Of a stretch of 64,000 bases of DNA, positions 37,341 through 47,058 are shown in pieces; positions within the stretch are counted from its first letter, which is position 1, and each line of letters begins with the position of its first letter. Location: the IMG/VR virus record IMGVR_UViG_3300044614_002230, positions 1,705 through 65,704 of that record. One strand, given 5' to 3'. The position numbers and the translations under genes were made by a program. Source of the DNA: a virus (lineage: Duplodnaviria > Caudoviricetes). The notes below the pieces were generated by a model. That model saw only the letters and a list, made by a program, of their open reading frames with translations, was not told where the DNA came from and searched no databases.

Positions 37341-37621
37341 TAGCGTATATATCTCCTAGATATTTGAAGTTCAAGATGATTTACTCTACGCTTAATCTCT
37401 TCTTGTGGTAAAGAACTTTCAATAACTTTAGCAATTTCTGACCTTAAAATTCCGTGGTTTAACGAAGGATAAAAAGAAGGATCTATAAGATCGCCTTCGT
37501 CGGAAGATTCAGATAGAAGGGAAAGGCAGAGAGCCTCTAAAGAAACCCCCTGCCGTGTTGCTTGCTTTTTTAACGAGAAAAGAAGAGAGAGCGGAACTTG
37601 TAGTAATAGTTCCTCAGTCAT
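37340..37621 (-). CDS. Small protein with ribbon-helix-helix-like N-terminus
   Basis: LLLQVP.SL...LKKQATRQGVSLEALCLSLL. Confidence 0.6.
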   Translation of the reverse strand: MTEELLLQVPLSLLFSLKKQATRQGVSLEALCLSLLSESSDEGDLIDPSFYPSLNHGILRSEIAKVIESSLPQEEIKRRVNHLELQISRRYIR

Positions 37622-37637
37622 TTAGCTCTCCAAAAAG

Positions 37638-40600
37638 TCAACGATTACCTGTACCAAGACCTTGCAGGTCTAGTTCTTTCTGCATTTGGCCGATGGCAAC
37701 GCGAATAAGGTCGATCTGAATCCTTTCCAGTGTTGGAACAGGAGTTACAAACACCTTAGCATTGACAACTCCACTCTCCAGGTTCATGGAATTGTTAATT
37801 CGCTCGTCGCAGATGACTTGGAAGGCATCTGAAGGACGTGCCCCGAACAGAGCACCTTTGACGTACAGTTCGTTTAGAACGCTGTTACCAACGTTAACGA
37901 TCTGGTTGTAAACCACACCGAAACCGTCGACAACGTTAAAGATCTGGTTATCGAAGGCATTACGAAGCGAGCCGTAAACCACGTTCAGAATAACGCGGGT
38001 GTTTACGAACTGGTACAGACGCTGCTGAGCATCGGCTTCGTTGATACGAGTACGACCACCCCAAATAAAGATTGAATTTAGGGGGTACCCAGGCAGGTTA
38101 CGGATAGCGTTACAACCCTTCGGATTCAGCAAGTTCTGCTGAGCAGAGTTGATCGGAATCTGAGCCGCTACGGCATCCGAGAGCTGGTATTTAGCGCCAG
38201 CAGGCGGGAATTGGTAACCTTCGGAACGGTAACGACGAATTGCAACCCCGGTAACGTAAGGCGAGGGAGGAATCCACTGCCCACCGGCATTTTGGATGTA
38301 AGGACCATAGTAGGCAATAAATCCAAGGGGATGCTCGTAACGTTGGCTGTCTTCCAGGAGACGAGTAACGTTATCAACACCGGCTTCTACGAACACTGCT
38401 TGAGGCACACCATTAAATCCGACCCCTCTCAGAGCTTCGTCAATGATGTTGGTCGAGGTAACAGCATCAAACCTCCAGAGGTTTGCAGGAGGAGTTTGCT
38501 CAGGCAGGAACGAGATTTCTACGGTTGCGCCGTAGCAAGGCTGACCTGCAGCAATAATGTTTTCGTCTTGTCCAACAGCGTCCGGTTTTACAACCATCCA
38601 AGTCACTGCTACACCGTCAGAAACAGCAGCAAGTCTATCGCCTTTAGCAACGTTTGTCTTGTCGTCAGGAGCCAGACCGTCGCTGGTTACATTGAAATAA
38701 ACACCAACCAGCTTAGAGCGCGAAGCTTGAACAGCATCAGCGGTTGAACCATTGCTTAAGCCCGTTGCTAAGACATAAGGAGTTACATTAGCTAATGTAC
38801 CATTTGAAGCCAGAGCAATCCCGGCAACATCGGCTTCGAATCCGACGCATCCTCCGATTGAAGCGGAATTCAACTCAAGTTGATCGCCAATCGCGTAACC
38901 ACTTCCACCGGCAACAACAGTAACGTTGCTAACAACACCGCCAGTAACAGTAACAGTTACGGTAGCATTTTGACCGAGGCCAGTCTTGGTCACAACAGGT
39001 ACGCTAACGTACTGTCCGTCAGTACCACCGGTACCACCGTTTGTAACGGTTAGCGATTGCAGAGGACCCACGGCCGGACCACCACCGGCATTATAATCAC
39101 CACCCGGAATGGCTTGCAGGGAGGGAACCAGATAAGCTTCTGTGGAGAAACTTTGCTTTGTAGTAGGAACGCAATAGAAGTTTTCCACGAAAGCGGTTTC
39201 GTCACCAGGATCAACCAGTTTGAGTTCTGGCAGGTAACCAGCCGTGGTGTTTTCACCCCAGGCAGAGATTTGACCCTTACCAAGAACTTGGGCGCTGTTA
39301 TTTAACCGGATGCTAACTTTAGGAGCAGTCAGCGAAGGAGCAGGAGCGACTTTAGAGTCTCCAGCAATGTTGTCAATCGTACCGCTAGCGAATCCGTACT
39401 TACGTCCACGTAGGAAAGGAATGTTAGTAAGTTCAGTAAGGTTAACAGCTGTTTCGCTTCCACCGAGAACATTCGTGTAAAAAATAGTCGGGCTGGAAAC
39501 AATAGGAGCTGAAGGGAACAGAACGTAACTACCGGCATTTAGAGCAGTCAGGCTTGTTGACAGTACAAAACTATCGACAGACAGCTGTTTCACAAAATAG
39601 TCGAAGGTTACAGCTTTTGTGGTAGCTTTAAAAATGTCAATTCCCCCTGCTGTAACAGGTTGCGTGAAGTAGACTTTTTGTCCATCCGTAAGGCCGTGAT
39701 CGACACAGTTAATTACGGCAACGCCAGCAAGTCCAGGAGACGTAGAAGAAGTAATGGAAACTTTAGGATCATAAATTGTACGACTCTGGAAGCTCAAACG
39801 GTAGTTAGTTGTTGAACTTTGAAGCGTTGCAGGAAGGTGCAAGGTGTTGACACCCACAACCGAATCCGATACGCTTTGAATCAGGTCTGAGGATTGACCG
39901 TTAATTAAAACCTCAAAATCCCATGCTGGGGTTTCGTAACTGATTTCACAGGCTCCACTTCCACTCGGGAAAGCAACAGCACCGGTAGGCAGTGTAGTGA
40001 CTGCGCTCGAACCACCTAGCAGTTCAACAGAACGAAGAACAATAGCTGCTTCAGCCGGAGTCAAAGCAATAAAGGCATAATTTAGATTGTAATCTCCAAA
40101 ATTTTTCTCATCAAATTTAGGAGCAATCAGATAAACGGATTTACCGTTGATAGCATGGAACGGATTGGTTGCATCCTCTGCACCTGTAACGTTCACCTTT
40201 TGAATTTTCTTGTCTACAGGCCAATAATTGGAATTGTTAAACAAGATACGGCCAACAGCACCATTGTCCACATTGGCAATGTAGACCCCGGAATCAAGAA
40301 TACCAATTTTTGTTCCAGGAGAAACAGTGTTGGTAGATTCTGTGACCGCTGTTTCAGGAGAAACACCGAACTTCAGCTCTTGATAATTGAGACGGGGATG
40401 GGTAACTGTAGCACCTGTCCACGTGTAAATGGCGTTGTCTACCAGGTACTTTTGGTTTGTCTCCAGGTCTTCAGCAGCTTTATGAGGAGTAAACTGATTG
40501 TACTTATTAACATCAGTTACGTTGTAAGGGCCGGGATCAGCAATCGCCATCCACTTGTAACTGTTGTTAGCACAATGAGCAGCAGCGGCAGCTCCAATGG

Positions 40601-41540
40601 CCGACCTTCCTTCCACGTCGAACTGAGCGTAGGCAGTAGGAGTGATCAAGTACCCTTGGTCTTGCTGACCGTCGAAAGCAGTGCTAATGCACTGAATATA
40701 GTCTTGAGGAACTTTTGCAATGTCTCCTTGCCCCACAATGTTATCAACACTGTAGGTGTTTTGCATGAACACTGCAGTTTGTCCCACGGGGTCAACCTGG
40801 GTCACAACAGAAACATTCCCTCCCCAAGTAGCGGAAGAGATTGTAACGTAAGCATTCTGAGAGTTAGCGTACTTGACTGGATCCAAGTCGTTGAGCATGC
40901 CATAGCTACGCACGTACACCGAGCTGCTAACGCTAGGGTTCGATTGCATAGCTTCTGCCACAGCTTTGACAACGGCGGCAGAAATTTTGCGGTTGTTAGC
41001 CGCGTCTCCAGCGATGTAATTAACAGGAATGTTAACAGGAACACCAAGCCACTCACCGTTGGAACTGTACCCAGTGCTGTTGTTACCAGACACTAGAGGA
41101 ATACCATTAACGATAATCTGAGCGTACACAACGTCCCCGGCCATCAAGGCTGAAGGAGTGCCTGTGCTGTTGATTTTAGTTCCAGAAGACAGCAGTTCGA
41201 TCTCAACCACTTCTGCGGGAGTGCCAACCCGCACTACGCGAAGATCCCCGACTTGAGCGTTTAAGAAAAATTCTTGAACGCAGTTGTAGCTAAGAAGGGC
41301 AATACGGTCTTGGGGAATACTGCCGCCAAGAAGAACTTTATAGTCGTTGATGCTGGTAACTGCAACCGGCGTGTTAAAAGGAAAAACCGTTACAGGAACG
41401 CTATCCTCAACCTCAACCAACATATAAGTTGTGCTGAAGGGAGCAATAGCAGGAGTTCCTAAAATACCTGGGCGCTCATTAATGTAAACGCCAGGGGCGC
41501 CAGGAACAATAGCGCTGTTGCCGAGAGAAAAAGTAGCCAT
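37638..41540 (-). CDS. Contractile tail sheath protein with large insertions
   Basis: APGVYINE N-terminus; PPS..V.G, LNPKGCNAIR, IWGGRT, FVNTR, GALFG, AFQVICDERIN C-terminus. Confidence 0.95.
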   Translation of the reverse strand: MATFSLGNSAIVPGAPGVYINERPGILGTPAIAPFSTTYMLVEVEDSVPVTVFPFNTPVAVTSINDYKVLLGGSIPQDRIALLSYNCVQEFFLNAQVGDLRVVRVGTPAEVVEIELLSSGTKINSTGTPSALMAGDVVYAQIIVNGIPLVSGNNSTGYSSNGEWLGVPVNIPVNYIAGDAANNRKISAAVVKAVAEAMQSNPSVSSSVYVRSYGMLNDLDPVKYANSQNAYVTISSATWGGNVSVVTQVDPVGQTAVFMQNTYSVDNIVGQGDIAKVPQDYIQCISTAFDGQQDQGYLITPTAYAQFDVEGRSAIGAAAAAHCANNSYKWMAIADPGPYNVTDVNKYNQFTPHKAAEDLETNQKYLVDNAIYTWTGATVTHPRLNYQELKFGVSPETAVTESTNTVSPGTKIGILDSGVYIANVDNGAVGRILFNNSNYWPVDKKIQKVNVTGAEDATNPFHAINGKSVYLIAPKFDEKNFGDYNLNYAFIALTPAEAAIVLRSVELLGGSSAVTTLPTGAVAFPSGSGACEISYETPAWDFEVLINGQSSDLIQSVSDSVVGVNTLHLPATLQSSTTNYRLSFQSRTIYDPKVSITSSTSPGLAGVAVINCVDHGLTDGQKVYFTQPVTAGGIDIFKATTKAVTFDYFVKQLSVDSFVLSTSLTALNAGSYVLFPSAPIVSSPTIFYTNVLGGSETAVNLTELTNIPFLRGRKYGFASGTIDNIAGDSKVAPAPSLTAPKVSIRLNNSAQVLGKGQISAWGENTTAGYLPELKLVDPGDETAFVENFYCVPTTKQSFSTEAYLVPSLQAIPGGDYNAGGGPAVGPLQSLTVTNGGTGGTDGQYVSVPVVTKTGLGQNATVTVTVTGGVVSNVTVVAGGSGYAIGDQLELNSASIGGCVGFEADVAGIALASNGTLANVTPYVLATGLSNGSTADAVQASRSKLVGVYFNVTSDGLAPDDKTNVAKGDRLAAVSDGVAVTWMVVKPDAVGQDENIIAAGQPCYGATVEISFLPEQTPPANLWRFDAVTSTNIIDEALRGVGFNGVPQAVFVEAGVDNVTRLLEDSQRYEHPLGFIAYYGPYIQNAGGQWIPPSPYVTGVAIRRYRSEGYQFPPAGAKYQLSDAVAAQIPINSAQQNLLNPKGCNAIRNLPGYPLNSIFIWGGRTRINEADAQQRLYQFVNTRVILNVVYGSLRNAFDNQIFNVVDGFGVVYNQIVNVGNSVLNELYVKGALFGARPSDAFQVICDERINNSMNLESGVVNAKVFVTPVPTLERIQIDLIRVAIGQMQKELDLQGLGTGNR

Positions 41541-41639
41541 TTTATTTAAAAACAAATCCTCTTTATATCGATTCGCGATGGAGGCGAGGAAGGACTCCTC
41601 CGTGGTTCCCGTAGGATCGCTTACCGAGGCACTTACATG

Positions 41640-42014
41640 CTACTTTATTTTACCCGTGTTCCCGGTCTGTGCTTCCTCTGTATCGGCAGTGTATCCGTTG
41701 ATTTTGTTAAGTTGATCTATAGCACTCGGAGTGTATCTAACTAAAGATTTAATGTATTCTTCTCTAGATCCGTATGGGAAAAAACCGTCATCGCTAGATT
41801 CCGTTCCGGTTGTATAGATAAACGAAGCTTGGCTTAACCCAGAACGAGCCTGGGTGCCTGCGTCAGACCGCATCTGAGCGCCAATTGGTGGTAAATTAAT
41901 GACCGACCATTGAGGGTTTTCTTCTAAAACCTGTCGATAGTTAACAGAGTTATAGTATAGTAGAAAACCTAGCTTACGCCAGGTGTAATCCTGTTGAAAC
42001 GGAAAAGCGTTCAT
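41640..42014 (-). CDS. Tail X/LysM-like baseplate protein
   Basis: TWRKLGFLLYY....YRQVLEENP...LPPIGAQM. Confidence 0.65.
   Translation of the reverse strand: MNAFPFQQDYTWRKLGFLLYYNSVNYRQVLEENPQWSVINLPPIGAQMRSDAGTQARSGLSQASFIYTTGTESSDDGFFPYGSREEYIKSLVRYTPSAIDQLNKINGYTADTEEAQTGNTGKIK
41648..41655 (-). promoter_or_regulatory. Putative late promoter GGGTAAAA
   Basis: Upstream of sheath. Confidence 0.7.
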
Positions 42015-42016
42015 AA

Positions 42017-42355
42017 TTAGGCCATATTACGTGATTTGGCAATAAGGCGAGCTCCGATAGAAGTGCCTCGATTTAGTTCAAATCCGTTTTCTTTAGCAAT
42101 TTGAGAAGCGGCTTTCTCAAGTTCGACCGGGTTTGTAGGGACAAACAGGTTGTCATTGTCAGTTTTCTTGCCCAGCTTTTTCATGACGCTGGTCTCAACG
42201 ACAACTTTTTCAGTAGGCTCTGCAGCCACTTCTGCAGCTTCACTCGTCTTTTTAACTTCGAAGTTTGCCGGGGCTACTGTTTCATCGCTTTTTACGATTG
42301 GGGGAGTTTGAGCTTTTGAAGCCATTGGTTTTGAGGTGTTAGAACGTGTTGCCAT
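42017..42355 (-). CDS. Hypothetical protein (start moved to 42355)
   Basis: ATG 2 nt after upstream stop. Confidence 0.6.
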   Translation of the reverse strand: MATRSNTSKPMASKAQTPPIVKSDETVAPANFEVKKTSEAAEVAAEPTEKVVVETSVMKKLGKKTDNDNLFVPTNPVELEKAASQIAKENGFELNRGTSIGARLIAKSRNMA

Positions 42356-42357
42356 GG

Positions 42358-42762
42358 TTAACGTGTAGAGAGTATATTCCCCCAAGCTATTGCGGGGAGT
42401 TTTTGCAAGGAGGTGGAAGGAATTCCCACCCAAGGGCGAGCGGACATTTTAGATGTCCCATTTTGATGATAAACTCCGTAAAATTTAGAGGTTACATTAA
42501 ATCCCTCGCCTTTTGGAACTATTTTCATGGAGTCTTGCATATCCCCGCTTGCGCGTAGGATTGATGCTCCTGGCCACCGTTTTAATTTCTGAACTGCGTA
42601 ACCAGGGCTCAGCGATTGCCATGGACGACCAGTAGTTGGATCAGACTCTTGGCGCCAAAACGGTTGTTGATCAGATGCGAGAATTGGGGCCCATTGACGT
42701 TGTGTCTTGGGCCACCAATTTAAGTTTACCTTAGGTAATTTTTTGAGTTTAAAACTGATCAC
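42358..42762 (-). CDS. Virion morphogenesis protein (Mu gpG / P2 gpS-like)
   Basis: DPTTGRPWQSLS...ILRASGDMQDS...YGVYHQNGT.KM.ARPWVGI. Confidence 0.85.
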   Translation of the reverse strand: MISFKLKKLPKVNLNWWPKTQRQWAPILASDQQPFWRQESDPTTGRPWQSLSPGYAVQKLKRWPGASILRASGDMQDSMKIVPKGEGFNVTSKFYGVYHQNGTSKMSARPWVGIPSTSLQKLPAIAWGNILSTR

Positions 42763-43178
42763 TTTTTCTTTTTCGAGGCTTTCTTCATTTCAGATTCTTG
42801 GCTGTCGACAAAGTTTTTTTGAATCTCAATCATGGTAAGAATTTTACTTATTGGCTGAGATTCTAACCAATCCATTGTCGAGTCCCAACGTTGCTTACAC
42901 AAATGAAATCCAACTTCTAACCAATTTTCCACTGTAAAAACAGTTTCATTCAGTAAATTGTTCATTGCCCAGTTTAAGATAGCTCGGCAAGGTTTTATAG
43001 GTAGCTCGTTGAATTCTTCCTTTGATAGTATTAGCCTGAGAAAGATCGGGAACTGGTTTTGCTCGTTTTGACGTAAAATTTGAGCCAGGTAGAAATCTTT
43101 GGGGCAAATTTCCCGCAGTAATACAGAAGGGTACCCTTCAACTGTTACCAAAAAAGTGAAGTCTTCCTGGTCATCCAC
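42759..43178 (-). CDS. Tail assembly chaperone, downstream (T) frame, probably expressed by -1 frameshift
   Basis: In -1 frame relative to upstream chaperone; weak GTG start; W...WLESQPISK motif like gpT/gpE-prime tails. Confidence 0.7.
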   Translation of the reverse strand: MDDQEDFTFLVTVEGYPSVLLREICPKDFYLAQILRQNEQNQFPIFLRLILSKEEFNELPIKPCRAILNWAMNNLLNETVFTVENWLEVGFHLCKQRWDSTMDWLESQPISKILTMIEIQKNFVDSQESEMKKASKKKK

Positions 43179-43180
43179 AG

Positions 43181-43507
43181 TTAGTTTGGGTCTTCTTCGT
43201 CTCCACCGCTGGCTTGAGCCACAAGGTCGCTCAGTTTTTTGAAGTCGCGAACACCGAGGTCCAAAATTTCGTCGTATGTAATTTTGTCTTCCCCAACAAT
43301 CAACCTTTCGATAATTTTCATACCTTTCTCGACGTCACCCGCTTTCGAAAGATCTTTCTCCATGAAAATTAGGTCGCGACCAGTCATCTCACGAATTGTA
43401 ATATGCCGGCCGTCTGACAAAATAGTTGAGAAAGTTTGCAGATTGTGTTTTTGTTCTTTTTTGTTTGCCGGCGTAGTTTGAACCGAGTCGTCAGAAATAG
43501 TGCGCAT
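43181..43507 (-). CDS. Tail assembly chaperone (Mu gp41/gpG-like)
   Basis: ITIREMTGRDL...ITYDEILDLGVRDF; ends at slippery site. Confidence 0.8.
   Translation of the reverse strand: MRTISDDSVQTTPANKKEQKHNLQTFSTILSDGRHITIREMTGRDLIFMEKDLSKAGDVEKGMKIIERLIVGEDKITYDEILDLGVRDFKKLSDLVAQASGGDEEDPN
43184..43190 (-). other. Programmed -1 ribosomal frameshift heptamer C CCA AAC
   Basis: GAC CCA AAC TAA; -1 frame CCC AAA CTA ACT GTG GAT enters 42759..43178. Confidence 0.8.
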
Positions 43508-43518
43508 AATTTGCTTGT

Positions 43519-43734
43519 TTACTGTTGATCAAGTTTTACCCGTGAGAGCATCAAAGCGGACTCTAGTTCCTCACTACCTTCTCCCGGAGGGAGGCTAAGG
43601 TAAATATCGTTGGCAATTTTCCAACTAAGGTTTGCAGAGTCGATATCTTTTTCGATGCGATCAGCAACGTCTTGTATCCAATCCCGTACTAAACCCTTGC
43701 GATAATCAGGATCTAATGGAAGTGGAAAAGGCAT
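43519..43734 (-). CDS. Hypothetical protein
   Basis: TAATG-coupled downstream of polymerase. Confidence 0.6.
   Translation of the reverse strand: MPFPLPLDPDYRKGLVRDWIQDVADRIEKDIDSANLSWKIANDIYLSLPPGEGSEELESALMLSRVKLDQQ
43534..43541 (-). promoter_or_regulatory. Putative late promoter GGGTAAAA
   Basis: Upstream of tail chaperone. Confidence 0.7.
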
Positions 43735-43928
43735 TACAAAGCCTCAGACATCAGCATAGCCTCTTCTGACTCGAAGTAAGCGGCATTGTAGGCACAATTT
43801 ACCGAGGAAGGAATTTCCCTTCCTTTTTTATCGTAAGGAGTTACCAGGTAATATTCGTATCCGCTTTTGGGTCCTACAATTACCGAGAGAGAAGCGTAAA
43901 CAACTCGAGATTTTTTAAACTTTTTCAT
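43734..43928 (-). CDS. Hypothetical protein
   Basis: ATGA overlap with polymerase stop. Confidence 0.6.
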   Translation of the reverse strand: MKKFKKSRVVYASLSVIVGPKSGYEYYLVTPYDKKGREIPSSVNCAYNAAYFESEEAMLMSEAL

Positions 43929-46681
43929 TTAATTAGTCCTTTTTGAATAGCAGTGTAACGAGTTTTGAGTTTGTCGATGAACCCTTGTTCCGACAATTCT
44001 TGCATAGAATACTCAACTCCCGGGGGTTCCTTAGCTCCTTGGGGATTTGACAGAGTGACTGTCTTTTCTTTGGGAGACTTGCGAAGGCGGTTGTCAATCG
44101 CTACGCTCGAGAAAAATGCTCGAGACAAAGGCAATTCGGGAATACCCACCGACGAATGAAACAGACTCCAAGTATACATGTGGGCAATTTGAAATAAAAC
44201 TGCAAATTGTTCTGCATATTTATCAGGGGTCATGAACCACACTTCGTCATGAATGCTTAGAATAAACCGAGCAGGAACCTTATATTCTTTAACAAGCCAA
44301 TGGACCGTCGTCAAAAAGATTGCAAGAATTTCTGCACCAGAAGATTGAATGGTCCAATTAACCCTTGAGGTTTTAAAGTCGTCTCCCACTGCCGAAGGTC
44401 TCATTGCTGTAGAGATTTTGGTGCCTAAGCAAGGGAGGGTAGGAATTTTAGACCGCATTGCAATCTGTTCCATAAAGTTAAAACAACCCGAGTCAGAACC
44501 ACCTTCGTATAAACCTTGTGTCATACGACCTTTTTTGCCTTCCAGAATCCGGTAAGCGAAATTTTTGACTTCCGTAGGGGATTTCTCAGGGTACTTTCGA
44601 CGAATATAAGTTTGAACCGCACGAACGCCAGCACCGTAAAGCACGGCGAAACCGGCAATTTTAGCAGTGTCACGGTCTACGCCCGCGAGTTTCGCAAGTG
44701 CAGAGTGAGGATCCGTACCCGCTTCCTTAGAGCCTGACAACACATTGTGCCCGAAAGGTGAACAACCAACGTGGCCCCCTTCCCACTTGTCGCTGTAGAT
44801 TGAAGCAATCTGCATTTCCTGGCCATCAAAGTCAGCGCCAACAATTTTCCAGCCATCCGGTGCCTGCACCCGAGATTTAAGCTCAGTGCCAATGCGCCAA
44901 TTTTTGGTGGAACACATGGTAACCATAAGGGATTCAACAGTCCTTCTAGTTACCGTACCGTGACACAGGATCTCTGGAAGAGTAACCAGAGCATCGGCCC
45001 CATGGGGATTATGAGCAGGAAGGAAAATTCTGTCCATAACCCGCTTGCGAACCGAGGTCCAGTAAGAAACGGCATTCGCGATCTCCAGGGCTCTTTTGGC
45101 TTCTGGCAGGTCACTAGACAACCTACCAACAGCCATGTCGTCAACGAAGTCTTTACTTAATACACCGCCGACGTTATCTCCCGCACCTTTTGGATGAGGT
45201 ATTTTTTGAAGTTTTCCCTCTTCATCGTGGTAGCACCAACCGTCGTTTTCTGTAAAGATCATTGGGCTACCTTCATACTTGAGCTTAAGCATCAAGTGTG
45301 AGAGGATCGATTTCACACCAATGTGGGTTTCCGGGTCTTTAATAAAAGGACGAACCCAGTTAGGAACTCCGGCATATTTACCTTTTTGAGTCTTCACTTC
45401 CCAATTCAATTGGCTCAGCCAAGGGTCCCGAACCTCAAATTCTTCTTTGTTTTCGGATTCCTTCCATGTTTCATAATTTTGCCAAACAAGGTCCCTACAG
45501 AGCTGGGTCATTTCCTCGTTGTGCTCTTGAAACACCCTCTCTACATTTTGAATCCACTCCTCCCAATCAGGGACCAGAGGAATAACAGAACCGTTGAGGT
45601 GATAATGACCGCACAAGGCAACCATTGAAGGTGTAGAGTTTAGGTACTTGGGCCATATTGCCTGGAAAAGTTCGGCGGTGTAAAAAGCGTCCTTCAAGGC
45701 GTAATCGAGAGCCTGTGTTAGCATCTGCCGAATTTGACTTAGATGTGTCGCTTTTACGAAAATATCGCGAACCTTTTTATCGCTGTCTCCCAGCTCGGTA
45801 ACATTTTCTCCGAAGTATTTTCTAACGGCTGCTACATGAAAGTTATAACATTGAACCAGAGAGTTCGTCGCACCTTTATCGAGCCACTTCGGGGCGTACC
45901 GGAGTTTTCTCTTTTCTTCTTCAGTTAGATCCTCAGGGTCTTTACCTGCCAGCACATATAGCCAGCGTTGACCCCCGGCAAGACCGGAAACACCGATGTG
46001 TGCCGACAATGTGTCAAAATAGAAATTCTCTGGCTCGGTGTTTTCAAGGGAATACCCTTCCCTGGCCCGAACACGGTCGTACGAAATATTATGACCAGCA
46101 ATAAACCGTTGTCGCCCAACTGGAATCAACCCGTGTTGTTCCCACTTGTCTTCTGGAATCGTTGGGTCAATTAGCTCTGCAGCCAGCCAAACGTAAGCTG
46201 CCTTTGGTGACAAAGCGGTTCCGATAATTGGGAAAGCACCGCCATGCACATAAGTTTCGGTGTCAAATGTAAATACTTCTTCCTCGGGGTAAGGAACTTT
46301 TTTAGTTTTCCATTTCCCTTTTACTTTCTCATACCGAATCCAACCGCTCTCCAGGATAAACTCTTCTGGTGGCGGTAGTTCTGGAAGCTCACAACTAGCA
46401 AACTTGTCGCCAAGGTCTTTATACCGACCTACTTGATTTGCAGCGATAGTTTCAAAATGCTCTTTTAGTGAATTACCCTTCAAATCTGGCAGCGGAAGTT
46501 CTCCGTTGTACAGATTATCAGGGTAATCAACAGGCGTACTAATCCCGAAATTTTTCAGAAGACCTTTCGCCTTTTGAATTTCTGTTCGAGACATACCCTT
46601 GAGTTTTTCCTGCCCGAAGATCTTGTCGTGCAGATCGTCTGAAATAACTGGGTATCCTAGTTCTGTGATTCTGAGTGCCAT
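43925..46681 (-). CDS. Family A DNA polymerase, mitochondrial Pol-gamma-like
   Basis: Exo FDTET, GHNISYDRVR, YALKD; gamma-type KIPHPKG..NVG.VLSKDF, SYW.S.R.R, GTVTRR, RIGTELK..VQAP.GW; motifs A GADFDGQE, B RDTAK...LYGAG, C SIHDEV. Confidence 0.95.
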   Translation of the reverse strand: MALRITELGYPVISDDLHDKIFGQEKLKGMSRTEIQKAKGLLKNFGISTPVDYPDNLYNGELPLPDLKGNSLKEHFETIAANQVGRYKDLGDKFASCELPELPPPEEFILESGWIRYEKVKGKWKTKKVPYPEEEVFTFDTETYVHGGAFPIIGTALSPKAAYVWLAAELIDPTIPEDKWEQHGLIPVGRQRFIAGHNISYDRVRAREGYSLENTEPENFYFDTLSAHIGVSGLAGGQRWLYVLAGKDPEDLTEEEKRKLRYAPKWLDKGATNSLVQCYNFHVAAVRKYFGENVTELGDSDKKVRDIFVKATHLSQIRQMLTQALDYALKDAFYTAELFQAIWPKYLNSTPSMVALCGHYHLNGSVIPLVPDWEEWIQNVERVFQEHNEEMTQLCRDLVWQNYETWKESENKEEFEVRDPWLSQLNWEVKTQKGKYAGVPNWVRPFIKDPETHIGVKSILSHLMLKLKYEGSPMIFTENDGWCYHDEEGKLQKIPHPKGAGDNVGGVLSKDFVDDMAVGRLSSDLPEAKRALEIANAVSYWTSVRKRVMDRIFLPAHNPHGADALVTLPEILCHGTVTRRTVESLMVTMCSTKNWRIGTELKSRVQAPDGWKIVGADFDGQEMQIASIYSDKWEGGHVGCSPFGHNVLSGSKEAGTDPHSALAKLAGVDRDTAKIAGFAVLYGAGVRAVQTYIRRKYPEKSPTEVKNFAYRILEGKKGRMTQGLYEGGSDSGCFNFMEQIAMRSKIPTLPCLGTKISTAMRPSAVGDDFKTSRVNWTIQSSGAEILAIFLTTVHWLVKEYKVPARFILSIHDEVWFMTPDKYAEQFAVLFQIAHMYTWSLFHSSVGIPELPLSRAFFSSVAIDNRLRKSPKEKTVTLSNPQGAKEPPGVEYSMQELSEQGFIDKLKTRYTAIQKGLIK

Positions 46682-46729
46682 AGAACGATAAGTTTGTGTA
46701 TTTATTATAGTGTTTTTTAGAGCAGTAAA

Positions 46730-47026
46730 TCAGCTCAGGGTGTCGATGGGAGGTGCGACTGTACTGTCTGCAACCGGGTAAAGCGCAGCACTAAACCCTT
46801 TGCCGAACATGCGGTGAGGGGGTTGAGCCCAAGCAGGTTCGCCCCCAGGGAAACTATGGACGGAATACATAAATTTGGTTCCAAACCCCTGCGCAGGCCC
46901 CCGAGTGTAATAGGAGTAGTTGTTGTTCTGCCAAGAACGCCAATTGGGGGCCAGAATGTTTCCTTGTTCTGCAGGTACTCCCGCAGCGGTGACAGCTTGT
47001 GTCATTAAAACGGCACGAGGAGTCAT
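46730..47026 (-). CDS. Hypothetical late protein
   Basis: Own GGGTAAAA promoter 24 nt upstream. Confidence 0.6.
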   Translation of the reverse strand: MTPRAVLMTQAVTAAGVPAEQGNILAPNWRSWQNNNYSYYTRGPAQGFGTKFMYSVHSFPGGEPAWAQPPHRMFGKGFSAALYPVADSTVAPPIDTLS

Positions 47027-47049
47027 TCTACTATTCTCGATATAAAAAG

Positions 47050-47057
47050 TTTTACCC
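47050..47057 (-). promoter_or_regulatory. Putative late promoter GGGTAAAA
   Basis: Upstream of ATG 47026. Confidence 0.65.
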
Positions 47058-47058
47058 T

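Noticed and set aside
40155-41096. 313-aa plus-strand ORF inside the sheath gene
   Set aside because: Antisense in-register shadow caused by codon bias of the sheath gene.
43925-46681. Intein or intron in polymerase (also checked terminase and gyrA)
   Set aside because: Continuous ORFs of expected length, no intein terminal motifs.
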